Shown one piece after another: positions 1 to 12,328 of a DNA stretch of 64,000 bases. The stretch's first letter is position 1; each line of letters starts with the position of its first letter. The stretch is from Chrysomallon squamiferum (Eukaryota > Animalia > Mollusca), in the NCBI GenBank assembly GCA_012295275.1, contig CM022670.1, positions 27,032,001-27,096,000 of the forward strand, read 5' to 3'. Made by a program: the position numbers and the translations under genes. Under the pieces are notes generated by a model. That model had not been told where the DNA came from and searched no databases. It worked only from the letters and a program-made list of their open reading frames with translations.

Positions 1-301
1 TTTTAAAATTAATATCAACTGTTACAATTCATTCCCTCCAAACTATTTCCCCCGTCCCATGTGTTAAATGTAATCTTAAACAAAAGCAATTAACTTCAGG
101 AGGGGTTCTGTTCTCTTTTTCAGGCCAGGATTAACCTCTAGCTAACACCAGATTAATGGATGTGATGTTTGTGTTTATCGGCTTCCGTCGCATGGACACA
201 TGTCATACCAATAATAATTTCTTCCACATATGTTAATTACCAATTACACGTAAATATAAAACATATGCAATATTGTAAGTAGTGATGTCAGTTACACTTA
301 C

Positions 302-323
302 CTCAGAGGACCAGTGTCGCCAC
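302..323 (-). other. Putative 22-nt 5'-UTR mini-exon of a gene extending beyond the left edge
   Basis: Minus strand reads ttatttttgttcag|GTGGCGACACTGGTCCTCTGAG|gtaagt, a good acceptor and a consensus donor. A possible first exon ends at 615 (gaag|gtcatt). Confidence 0.45.
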
Positions 324-685
324 CTGAACAAAAATAATTATTATTCACTTTTAAATATATTTCCAGGTGAAAACTTATACAAACCCCATTCAGTTATTAT
401 AAATCGTAACCATTGTTATTTAACGTTATGCCAAGACATTTAATAAATTGTTCGCTAGCATATTCAAAATAAAATATAATTATTTTCTTATCTCTAATAT
501 ATAATATCTTAAATATCCATCTTTAATAGACATTTTAAAATGAAACCAATAAACCTAAATTAATTACTCATCTGTAAGACATATGTGAAACCAAATATTA
601 ACAAAAAAAATGACCTTCACTAGCAATTGTTTAAGTTCCTGCAATGTCCCAGGCCAGAGTGCAATGCTTTGCTCTCTGAGAATGT

Positions 686-776
686 CCGCCCCACCCCCTT
701 AAATTCCAGGCAGCAACCGCCAATAAGGGTCGTGTCACATGACCATATATGGCAACAATAGAATAGGAAGCATTGG
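686..776 (-). promoter_or_regulatory. Promoter motif cluster: CCAAT, CArG box, E-box/CLEAR, GC/CACCC box
   Basis: ATTGG 772-776; CCATATATGG (perfect CC(A/T)6GG) 743-752; GTCACATGAC 734-743; CCAAT 720-724; CCGCCCCACCCC 686-697. All lie within ~90 bp of GC-richer sequence upstream of the minus-strand exons. Confidence 0.5.
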
Positions 777-963
777 CTATTATTTCTCTATTCTAAACCA
801 AAGATAAATTTTTTTTCTTTCTATTCCGATGCTATCTGATATTCAACATTTGTTACAAAACAAATGTTTTCATTTAATAGAAATGTTTATGAGAGGTATG
901 CCGAATTTTTAGGAATGTTTAAACAAATTTGTTATATGACTGTTGGTAATTATTATTATTATT

Positions 964-996
<33 letters not shown>

Positions 997-1766
997 ATTT
1001 GTTTATTTATTTATTTTAGTCGAAAAAATAATCATGTTCTATAAAATAAAAAGTCGAATATATTGTCAGGATTCACTGGTAAATAACAGTAGATATTTTC
1101 TTGTTTTAAATTATTTTAAAAGTCGAATTCATGCTAGAAATACGTTGAAGATCGAATTGTTAATCGTGAAATAATACTTTTTCCTTGTACATGTTTCCTG
1201 TGGTAAGAAGCACTAAATCAAACTTATCGATACTAATATAATTTTATTTAGCAAAAATATTGAAACATTATGAATTATTCTGGTTCAACTAGACAGTCTG
1301 ATCCACTCTTGAAAAAATTAAGCCCTGCTGTCTGCTTTAGTCCATCATAATTATGGGAATTTTACGACCCTAACAAAATTGGAAGATTTAATCTAAATTT
1401 AGTCTTGTATCTTATTCGACATTTTGTCCATCATTTTAATGGATTTACTGTTTCTTTTTTTTTTTTTTTTTTTTTTTTTGGACAGACAGCTTCTCCGCTA
1501 CACACCTTTTAGTCCATTAAATGTATTTTACATATAACAGAACTGTTTAATCATGGATATTATGGGATGATTCTGGATATTATAGAAAGTATAATGATGG
1601 TTACTATGGTATTATTTAGCATTTGAAAGAACTGTTTGATCGTGCAAACTATTAATTTGTTATAAAAGATCATGTTATAAAAATAAGATAACAGACACAC
1701 GTATATATACTAAATTTATATTTTGTTTTATCGTTGTTATCTGTTCATTATTATTATTATTATTTA

Positions 1767-1819
<53 letters not shown>

Positions 1820-2197
1820 GTTATAGTATATATATAACTGAAAAATCGTGTTATTTTGGACCAAATATAAACTTGTGATTTTCAACAGAACAGAAACGTA
1901 TTCTGGAAACCGTGCCTTTGCAAAAGTAGAAGTTTATTATCTTGACTTCAACAGAACAATTTACAATTTATTCATGATGTCTGGTTCTTTTTATTAATCT
2001 TCGATTATAATTTACATTCAGACATGATTCAGTTTGTTTACAACATAAATAATAATAGTGTAAATCCAATACAAATTAATGAAATAAAATGTTTAACAGA
2101 CAAACAGTAAAACAAAAAAAAAAAAATAAAAAAAAAAAAAACATGCATCGCAATGTTTTGCTAATTCTCTACATGAAATGAATCAGACGTTATTTTA

Positions 2198-2650
2198 TTA
2201 ACTTCGGTGTGATGGAGGTGGGTAGCTATATCGTCGAATATCACGTGAAGACGACTTTTCCGTATCTCTCGGAATCTCAGATTTCCTTTTTGTTCGTACG
2301 TAAGAACGTTCATTTCCTCTTTCAGGGCTTGGTAAACTTCCATGTTTTATTAATGCAGTTCCGCTTACGTTGGGTTCAGGAACTTCATCTGGTAAAACGG
2401 AACCGGCGGATGCAAGCTGCTTCTTTGTCTCTTCCAGCTTGGCGAGGCGTTCCGCCATTGTGCACTGTTTCCTGTCTATGCCCATTCTTATCAGCTTGTG
2501 TTTCTTTTCCGCGTCTTTTAACTCTTTCTCGCGAAGCCAGTCCAGTCTGCGATGGTGTATGGCAAAAGTAGTCTTCGTGGACATTTGCTTCATTTTTTCG
2601 AATTCGAGTGCGTTTTTAAGTTTGCTGCTCATCTCCTTGTTCGTTGTCAT
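2198..2650 (-). CDS. Uncharacterised 150-aa protein with N-terminal coiled coil (paralogue A)
   Basis: Uninterrupted GC-richer ORF; aligns by eye with 5812-6321 (FEKMK, HRxLxW, KE, GIxRxQxxMAERLAKLExTKKQL). Confidence 0.8.
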   Translation of the reverse strand: MTTNKEMSSKLKNALEFEKMKQMSTKTTFAIHHRRLDWLREKELKDAEKKHKLIRMGIDRKQCTMAERLAKLEETKKQLASAGSVLPDEVPEPNVSGTALIKHGSLPSPERGNERSYVRTKRKSEIPRDTEKSSSRDIRRYSYPPPSHRS

Positions 2651-3253
2651 GCTTTGAAAATGGAGTATGCGAAATGTACTTATACTTTGGTTTCACGTTC
2701 ATTACCAAATCCTCTAAGATATGAAATCCATTTTCTTGATACAGTTTTGAAATTCCCGAAACAAATGTTATTTCAACTTTGAGAAATTTCAGAAATAAAG
2801 ATAGGAACAGAAACTGCTTAGGTATAACTCGATTCTCGTTACCCTTCCTTTTTGTTTAAAGCAATTCTTGTAAAGGTGAATATTCAGCAAACACTGACAA
2901 AATGTGATAAATAAAATTGTATTTTAAATTTACAATCTCGAGATTTTTCCTTTAAGATATGATTTAGAGATCAAATCGAAAATAGTCCTCAGGCGAAAAC
3001 TATGATTCTTATCAACCAATTATTAATTTTAGCTTTTACACTCTTGATCCAAAAATACGCAGTCAAAAATAAAGTTTCTGAGTGTAAAGATAGAAATACA
3101 GCGAATTATAAATTATGATATAAAATAAAATCTTACACTCTCCGCTTAATATAACTACTAACGGTACGAAGAGATGTGAAGTAAAGAATATAAATTACAT
3201 TTCTTTAACCATAATCCTTTTCTTAAAAATACTATTATTCTTCAGTTGTCCCC

Positions 3254-3316
3254 GTTGCCGTATCAACTAATTCAAGCCCAAAATTGCTTATTTGGCGAGA
3301 TAAATTCGTGACGTCA
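3254..3316. promoter_or_regulatory. X-box-like motif and CRE upstream of paralogue A
   Basis: GTTGCCGTATCAAC 3254-3267 (imperfect RFX X-box); TGACGTCA 3309-3316 (perfect CRE); a minus-strand donor (agt|gtaaga) at 3136 suggests a non-coding first exon. Confidence 0.35.
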
Positions 3317-3707
3317 TTAAACTATTCCCTAATTTTTTCTCAAAACTTCATTCGGTAAAATTCCGGCAGTATGAAACAATTTAGGTTTCAAAATTATTTT
3401 TAATATTTTTAATACGACATACAATAAAGCGAAGATAAAATTATTTTATTTTATTTTATTTATTATTTATAGTCTTTTGAAATATAGAAATCACCATCGA
3501 CAATTCATGAATGGGTAGAGTACCTATGCACCAGAAATTACTGTTCATTTCTTTTTTTAAATCTGTTGGTGGTTTGTTTTGGGGTTTTTTGTTGTCGTTG
3601 TTGTTGTTTTTTTGTTGTTGTTAGTTTCTCTTTTGAATTTGTTTTGTTTGTTTTTTCAAATAAAAGAATGATTTTTAAATATTGTATTTAATATCTTATG
3701 TCAGTTC

Positions 3708-3709
3708 GT

Positions 3710-3800
<91 letters not shown>
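3708..3800. repeat. (GT)n(GA)n compound microsatellite
   Basis: Direct reading of the sequence. Confidence 0.95.
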
Positions 3801-3805
<5 letters not shown>

Positions 3806-3849
3806 CAATTAATTTAAATAATGTAATACCTGTACCATTATGTATTATT

Positions 3850-4096
3850 TTATTACTGTATTACTATAACAATTACTGATGCTACTACTACTACTGCTGC
3901 TGTTGCTGCTGCTAGTAACACTACTACTACTACTACTATTACCAGGATTTCTTCTACTACTGTTACTGCTACTTTCCAAATCCTATTACTTGTATTGCTA
4001 ATACTAGTGTCATTAAAATGACTATATCCAGTATTTCTACTAATAATCGCCAAAATTATTATAGTACCAGTTGTTGTTTCTTTGATGTTGTGATTA

Positions 4097-4150
<54 letters not shown>
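3850..4150. repeat. Degenerate (CTA/CTG/TTA)n trinucleotide region ending in (ATT)n
   Basis: Direct reading; it explains the spurious poly-N/poly-I/poly-V ORFs here. Confidence 0.85.
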
Positions 4151-4152
<2 letters not shown>

Positions 4153-4604
4153 AAAATACAAAAGTATAATATGGTACTGCCAATTTACATGTGTACAAGA
4201 AACAGCATGTATCTCGATACGCGAGGTCATGCGCAGTAATACATTTTAAATACGAGCTGCATAATCAGCTTTGTCGCGTAATAATACCACCAACATTTGT
4301 AACTGTTACTAATCAGGATCAACGATCGAGATAATCCTTGTTTTGGGGGGATTTTTTCTTCTTCTTTCCCCCTCCCAGCCCTTTGGTCATGTGGTACGAA
4401 ATGTGTCAACTCCGGTAACTTAATCAGAATCAATTAAAAAAAATAATAATAGTAAAAAATTAAAATAAAGAACATTTCATTGGCTACGAACAGTCTCTTA
4501 ACACCGTTACTACGTTTAATCATCTGTTTGCCTTTAAGTCAGACGTTAGTAAGCTGAAATTTGACTGATTATTTTACACTGTCTTAACATTTTATTTTAC
4601 AGCG

Positions 4605-4855
4605 GGAGAACGGAACATAATAGTGCTGTGGTTTATAGCCCGTTGTTCATGTGCGGTAAGTCTGGGGATCACCTGTCCCGGCCTTGCTATTCACAACTGC
4701 TTTATACGCCTTGATGTATGTTTTTTTTCTGGCTATGGTACAGTCGGTAAACGGTAGATTTCCTCTTTCATAAATATCACGATGTAAAGCATATAAGTAA
4801 CACTAAGAAAACCTTTATAATGAAATGTATTATGCTGTCGTCAAATATCCCTTGA
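4605..4855 (+). mobile_element. Degenerate tRNA-derived SINE-like fragment
   Basis: A-box-like start (tagtgctgtggt), then gtgcggtaagtctggggatc, tcacaactg and gatttcctct blocks. These resemble a gastropod SINE family as I recall it, and loosely the reverse complement of 19050-19300. Not verified by search. Confidence 0.35.
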
Positions 4856-5436
4856 CGAATAGATTGATTTCAGTCTGTCGTGTTAAAATTAATTTAAAAA
4901 AACAACAACAAAAGTAATCTAAACTTGGTGTACATTTAGTAACTCAGTAACTACTCAAACCTTTCGATCTTGATCCTGTTGTGATGACATAAAATTAATA
5001 CGATATCTACTGAATACACAAATTTATCATTCAGTTCATAAACACATCAGTAAGCAAGAATGTCATCTTATTATTTTTAACAGAATAATATTTATAATAT
5101 CTTACTTCACAAGTTATTACGTTAGAACAAAATTAGGAATACATTACAGTAGTGCTGTTCCGCGAGAAAAGTAAGTTATCTAAAGTACTGACTGTATAAG
5201 AGAAAAAAATAAATGCATTGACCACTACTTTAAATACTTGATATATTGCCATAATTTTAATATTAAAGCATTTATTTTGTGGCTATAAGATAATAAACGA
5301 ACTTCGGAAAATTTGTTTACTTATTACCAGTAAAAACAGTATTGTGAAAAGAAATAAAGTTTTATATAGTAAAACAATACTAAGTCGAATACCATGAATA
5401 TACGATTCACAATATATGTATAACCTAAAAAAATGT

Positions 5437-5478
<42 letters not shown>

Positions 5479-5811
5479 TAACTAACTAACTAACTAACTA
5501 AATAAATAAATAAAATTGAAAAAATAAAAAAGGTTTGACCGATCATAAAAAAAAAACCCAAAAAACAAACATATATATATATATTTTTTTTTTTTTTTAC
5601 TATTTCTTTTTGAAGACAATGAATAATTATTTTGATTAAAGCAGAATATATATATATATTTTTTTGTTCAACGAAGTTATTTAGACTTAATATTAAGATG
5701 ATTTTGTAATATGGTTAAAGAATATATACAAGGTTTATTACTCACCTAAAATAAAATCAGATAAACAAAATAAAACAGAAACAAAACGACAAAAATTAGA
5801 GTTGATAAAAT

Positions 5812-6321
5812 TTACTTTCTATATGAATTATGTATTTCTGCCACAGAAAATCTTCGACCACTTGGTAACGAACTGGCAAGTGTGGCTCCTTCCGCTACTG
5901 TATTCCTTCTGATTTTGTAAGATCCTTCGGCTGAATTTTTCACACAGCAATCTTCGTCATCGTCATCAGTGTTAGAATTCGACTTTTCATCTCTTTCCTC
6001 TGACTGTGGTCCATCGGGATTGTGGTGGGTGACCATGAACGGGGTACTGTGACGTCTGCTCTTAACGTGTTCTGAAGTTATGCCCAGCTGTTTTTTCGTC
6101 TGCTCCAGTTTGGCAAGTCGTTCCGCCATTGAAGTCTGAGCCCGTTCAATTCCTCCAGTGACAAATCTTTTGTCCCTTTCAACTTGTCTGATCTCTTTAT
6201 CGTACTGCCACGACAGTTTGCGATGAGCAGTGTAGAATGCAGTCCTTTTGGGCATGTGCTTCATTTTCTCAAAGGTGATGTCATCTTCAATTGTATGAAT
6301 GGGTTCCTCGTCCGCTGCCAT
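5812..6321 (-). CDS. Uncharacterised 169-aa protein with N-terminal coiled coil (paralogue B)
   Basis: Uninterrupted ORF with good start context (aaaATGG); shares a ~65-aa core with 2198-2650. Confidence 0.82.
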   Translation of the reverse strand: MAADEEPIHTIEDDITFEKMKHMPKRTAFYTAHRKLSWQYDKEIRQVERDKRFVTGGIERAQTSMAERLAKLEQTKKQLGITSEHVKSRRHSTPFMVTHHNPDGPQSEERDEKSNSNTDDDDEDCCVKNSAEGSYKIRRNTVAEGATLASSLPSGRRFSVAEIHNSYRK

Positions 6322-8102
6322 TTTAAAGACAACTTATATTCCAATTCCACAGTAATATTTAACTGACCAGTTTTAGCGTAAGGTACAGTTGATATTAAGT
6401 ATTTTTCAATAAGATAATACAAATGCATTTAAATATACTTCTTTACTAGTCATTGCAAAAGCATGAAACTGTTCTGTAATATCCGAGAACAATTTGAACG
6501 CATTTTAAAACTAGAACTAATCAGGAACAACCGAGACTTGTGTTGATATTCCACAATTATCAGCACGTTTTCCGCATAAACAATACGGCAGTGAGCTTAG
6601 GTTCTTGTTGATGATAAATTGGTCATCAGAAAGAATAAGAGAACATCGATAAAAAAAAAAAAAAACACACACACAAAATAAAACCAGAAACAAAAATAAA
6701 TAAATACAAAAAGTCTTGTTTGTCAGAAGATACTCAATCACTCTTCGAAATCTGCTGACAGTCTCTCGAGGACGTAATCGACAAAATGAATATCTCACAA
6801 CAAAGGGGAAAGTGTGTTTGTTTTTAAAAGCGTAGACCCCTTGTATGTGTCACATCATTTTCGAATTTATACCCATTATAGAAAATAAATATAGTTCATT
6901 ATACTCTCTGGGTGGTGTTGATATCAGCTGAAAATAGCCTAAGAGGGAAAAGCTTGGCCGTAATCGTCTTAAATTGCTGAGATTATTCCTAGGCGATAGA
7001 GATCTATCGGCAACAAGGCCAATTTAACAAAAAAAAAAAAAAAAAAAAAAAAAATTATTTGAAAAAAAGAAAAAAGTAATAGAAAGGAAGGTGGATAGAT
7101 AGGGGTGTGATAACATGTCGGTAGTTGTAGTTTATGGATAATTAGATTAAGGATAACAAAAGACGTTAAAATAGGTTTCTTTAATAACAACAGAATAATG
7201 ATTGTACTGAAATAGATTACAGCAAATGTAAACGATATTCTTTTGTTTGCTCACCGATTCTTCTATTTATTTATTGTTTTTCCTATCTCAGTTTTGTGTG
7301 TGTGTGTGTTTGTGTGTGTATGTGTGTGTGTGTATGTATTTTTCATGTGTGTGTGCGAGATAGCTAAATAGATATAAATTAAAAACGATTTTACATATAT
7401 ATAGATTAATTTGCAATTTCCCGTTGTTAAACAAATATCATTGCGGCCTGTTCCTTTGCAGACTCTACCAAGTTCCTTTTGTAAACAAACTGACTTGGTC
7501 TAATCGATAGTCATTAATTTTATTGCTTGTCGATGGCTTTTATATATTTTTTCTTTTTTTTCTTTTTTTATCAGTGATCCCGCTTTTCAACCGATCTGAA
7601 ATGTAAAAAGTCTGCTCCTCTATACCTTCGTGTTGTGAGCTTTTCACGCACGCACACACACACGCACGCACGCACGCACACACACACACACACACACTTA
7701 AAGTCGTACATGTTCCCTGTCCTCTACGCTTCTCAGTCACACAATCAAATTGACTAAAACGCAGCACCATATTAAATATAAGAACAAACATGTATATGAA
7801 TATGCTGGAATTTTCTAATTAATATGTAAAGTGAATTACTTTTTTAAATGACTCCAAAAGATTTATTTTGCAAAGGCGTTCGTGATTTTAAACGACTCGG
7901 TGACTCAGAATGCACCACAGACACACGCCAGGTCAGACCAATGTATATGACTAGTATAACGTTAACTGAACGTGTACTTATAATTATTTAGCTTTACAAA
8001 TAAGCTATCCTTAGCAGAACCAAAATCGGACAGACATCCGATATTTAAAATGAAATGTCAGTTTTGAGCGCAATACAGGTGTTTACACAAACATGAAATT
8101 TA

Positions 8103-8218
8103 ACACACACACACACACACACACACAATACAGTATTAAATTATATTCACACACACACACGATACAGTATTAAATTATATTCACACACACACACGATACA
8201 GTATTAAATTATATTTAC
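8103..8218. repeat. ~33-bp tandem repeat (x3) with embedded (CA)n
   Basis: The unit (ca)n-gatacagtattaaattatatt occurs three times. Confidence 0.85.
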
Positions 8219-8785
8219 AAATTGCTTTTTTTTTTCCTTTTTCGTGACACCAGAGAAGTCTACTTATTTTTGTTTTTGTTTTTTAAGTTTCCCTGACTGC
8301 TTTTTTAAAATATTTATTTATTTTTAATTCACTTTTTGAAAAGAACAAAAAAACAAAACAAAACAAACAACAACAACAACAAACAAACAAACAACAACAA
8401 AAAAATAATAATAACAAAAAATATACTAAGTAGTTATAGTATATAATAACACAATCATAATTATATTAATAGTGGGAAACCCCATTTTAATAAATTCAGG
8501 CATAAAGAGTTATAAAGGGAGGTAACTGACGAAAGACAATTTAAAAAAGAAAGAAAAAGAAAGGAAGTAAAAGAACCGAGAAGGTATTACATAGAGAACA
8601 AATTTCTTTTACAACAAGAGTAATATTAATAATGAAAAGAAGAATGTTTATAATGATGAATATTAATAAATTAGTTTATCAGTCTAATATTTCTTTAACA
8701 GAAAGGCAACACTTGCGCTTTTAACCATTTTGCATTATCGGGGCTTACGAACTTTTTTATTTTTATTATTTATTTATTTAATTTA

Positions 8786-8843
<58 letters not shown>

Positions 8844-8925
8844 CGTATATCGCTATATATAATTATACTGGGATTTTGTTAGCAACAGAGTAACAGTTTG
8901 AAAATGTGTGGCGTGACTTCTAAAT

Positions 8926-9068
8926 CAGGCTTGGAGAAACCTTTTTCAAGTAGCGGGCCGCTTGAAATACGACAGCACGATTGACAAAAAAATTCAAGGT
9001 GATTTTTCGTTGGCATGCCAGTCAGAAAGCTCTGCAGGCCACAATTTGCCCACGGCTGCTTTAAACTG
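8926..9068. mobile_element. Possible hAT/Charlie-like MITE remnant
   Basis: GC-richer island starting CAGG..AAACCTTTT..GCGGGCC and ending GGCCACAATTTGCCCACGG..CTG, the style of Charlie-type non-autonomous elements; termini are degenerate. Confidence 0.35.
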
Positions 9069-10329
9069 AAAAGACAAAGTGGTTGTCATTCCGCAAACAT
9101 ATCTGTGAAGGAACAGTAGTATAAGCCAACTGAGTCCAGTAGTTGGTAACATGTGATTCATATTTGCACAACAACAAACAGTTTCACAACACAGTCTAAT
9201 AAAAGCAAAATCTAAACATTTTTATTTGATTTTTATTTGCATTTGAGTCAATAACCTCATAAACACAAACCTTTTGTTTGATAAACAAATATTTATCATT
9301 TTTAAATATACTTAAAAGATATACTATACAAATATAAAATTTAAAAAAATCACAGATAGCATTGTAATAAAAATTAAACCAATAGAAATTCATACATAAA
9401 ATATATTCCTGTGAAAAAGGTAAATATATCTTCAAAAAGTTAAATTTCATAAAAAGCAGCATTGTTATGAAGGATCTACATATATCTAATAAAAAAATAA
9501 GAGGTGTAATACTGCTGCTAAAAATGCTGATTTTGACAATAATAAACAAATAAATAAATGAAATAAAAATGAAAATGTAAAATTTGTTAATGGTAATCAA
9601 AATTAAATATATTAAGTTATTTTAATTTCTGCAATTTTTCATTTCAAATGTCGTATATTATCACATCTAAAATCTGGTAATCTATCATTTACATACTGGA
9701 ATTAATGATAAATTGAAAAAAAAAAAATAATAATAACAACAATTTTTGTTTCTTGATATTTTAAAATAATGACTTCCCAGTAATCCATTTTTACCAAGTA
9801 ATCATTTTTAAGTATTAATTAAATTTTAAAAGTTTTTATATATATATAAAAAGCACTGTCATGTATTAAGCAATACTGAATATACAATTTTTTTATTTCT
9901 TTTGAAGATTTTAAATTATTCTCTATGCAAATGAAATGTTTAACAAATGTAAGATAAATAAATCTCTCTACATAAATATAGTATGACATCAATGACAAAA
10001 TCAAATGTCAGATCCAGTGTGATGACATTGTAATCAACAATGACTGGATTTATGATTCTAAACTAAACCTTAAACTTTTAAATTAAAAAATAATAATACT
10101 GTGTATACTGACAAAAGAAGAAGAAGAAAACAATTATATTAACTTCTATTAGCAAATATAAAAATGAGAAATAACATCACTGGTTATCAAACAATAAAAT
10201 TTAATAAAAAAAACTGATTTGCAAGTCTAAGACCTACGAACATAAAATTAGAATAACTGATCAAAGGCCTTAAAATGCACCAACTCTTTGCTAGAGTTCA
10301 ATTAACTCCCCACCCATTTAAATAATTTT

Positions 10330-10430
10330 AAGCTGGATGTTGCTAAATATATCATCCACTCTCATGATAATACCAAAAATCTTTCCAAAATGGTTTCATT
10401 TTCATCAAAGGCAAAAGTGAATCACATGAT

Positions 10431-10494
<64 letters not shown>

Positions 10495-10645
10495 TCTAAT
10501 AAGGTTTATTTTAATTTCAAGCTTTTAAAAAGTTTAAGCTGGATATTGGTACATGTATCAGCTACTCTCATGATAATGTCAACCAGCAATAAAATCTTTC
10601 CAAAATGGTTTCATTTTCAACAACAACAAAGTGAATCACATCATA
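10330..10645. repeat. Diverged ~100-bp direct duplication separated by (AAT)n
   Basis: aagctggat..ctctcatgataat..aaatctttccaaaatggtttcattttca..aaagtgaatcacat at ~10330-10428 and ~10537-10643. Confidence 0.85.
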
Positions 10646-11052
10646 AAAAACAATAATAATAATACAAAATGTTAAAAATCCCATTTCACAAAATTATTAT
10701 TAATTTTTTAAATTGGTTTTAAATATTCTATCACCTTAAGACACCAAGCCATTATTTGTTAATAAAGTAATGCCTTCCTCCCCCCCAACATAATTGTAAC
10801 ATAAAAGTTGATTAGCATTTTTAAACTGTGTTCTATTTGGAAGAACATTTGAAAACCTTCCACAAGTGATTTGTTTCTGTCTTTAGATTTCATATTGCTT
10901 TAAATACACAAATTTCAGCCATATTTTTATCTTTTGACAACAACATAAAACATGATTTTCAGATTTGACATTTGTTTGAAAAGCAGTGTGATCAGAAAGT
11001 TTATTTTTAAACATGACACTGCTTTAAGCTGGAAGACTGAAACTTTCTGAAA

Positions 11053-12292
11053 TCACTTCTCCCCAACATCACTTTTTACTTTGTTATCTTCATCAATGCC
11101 ATTTTCCTTTATTGAGTTAGCATCCAGCATGGAAGTTATTTCATCAACTTCATTTCTCTCCTTGTTTTCTTCTTTTGCCATCACTGCATCTTGAATGACG
11201 TCATCGGCCAGTGATACATTTCTTTGTGGAGAGGGCTGAAACTGGGACTCGCCATCAGAGACATCATCGCCAGTGGGTATGCTTATCTGAAATGATGGTG
11301 GGGGTGACTTTGAGAAGGGGGAAGCAGGACTAGGCTGTCTGCCGCCTGTTTCATCACTGTTGTAATCCTCAATCTTTGTAACAAATGTAGGATGAGGACC
11401 AAGAGGACTGTGCAGTAAAGGATCATCGATTGCAAGGCCAGTTACTTTGACTGGAGAACTGGGTTCATTAATTGTCTGTCGACTTGAAGCTGGAATCTGT
11501 TTGATATTTCCAATCTGAGAAGTGATTTTGATGTACTCTGTCTCACCTGTACCACTCCTAGAAGTGATTGTGATGCCAGAGAACCCAACCCGGTGGCCTT
11601 TAGGAGGTTTTGCTGGAGTTCTTCTATAATTGCAGGTTGTTTCATTCAGAGCTGGCTTGTTTTTTGCACCAGGTGTCACAATGCTGAGATCACTGGCAGG
11701 ATGGTTGACTGATGAATGAAGATTCTTTTCCAACTGATCTCCTGAATGACTTACAGATACTTCACCAGAACTGGCATGGTTGTTTTGTGTGGAGTTATTG
11801 GCATCTAAAAGCCCCTGCAAATCAACTAAACTGAGATCCTCGTCGTTCTGTTTACTGATCTGATCACATGTGGTTGTCTCTGTTGGTTTAGACAAAGCCA
11901 TTCTCAAGATTTCATCTATTGAAATACTGTTCAGCTTTTCCTCCTCCTCCCGACTCCTCTGGTCGATAGACATCACTTTGATCCTGCCTGCACGAGGGTC
12001 TCTCTGCCTTGAGGCCAGGCTTTCAGATTTTAATCTGTGTTTGACTTTGTAGCCCTCTGATCTAGTTGACCATGCTCTGTGTGGTGGGCCACTTGGCTTT
12101 GACAGCCTCCCATATATCACAGGTTTTGATTCACTGTTATTCTGAAAATAAAAAATAAAAAAAATGTAATACTTGCATTATAATCAGAACAAAAATAATT
12201 TCCTTTAATTTTTTTAAACACAAAATAAAATTTCAAAGGAGTTTCATTTAAATAAAACAGTTTAAAATATTTCAAAAACAATGTCTTTAAAA

Positions 12293-12328
<36 letters not shown>

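Noticed and set aside
965-1174. Poly-Leu/Ile/Asn/Phe/Val-Cys ORFs here and elsewhere (e.g. 3853-4230, 10390-10656, 51008-51289, 54551-54823, 60548-60920)
   Set aside because: They are translations of microsatellites and A/T homopolymers, with no coding composition or splice support.
2161-2782. Antisense and alternative-frame ORFs overlapping paralogue A (likewise those over the large MAP3K1 exon, 36578-37327)
   Set aside because: Shadow ORFs of real GC-richer coding sequence; only the main frame shows paralogue or orthologue similarity.
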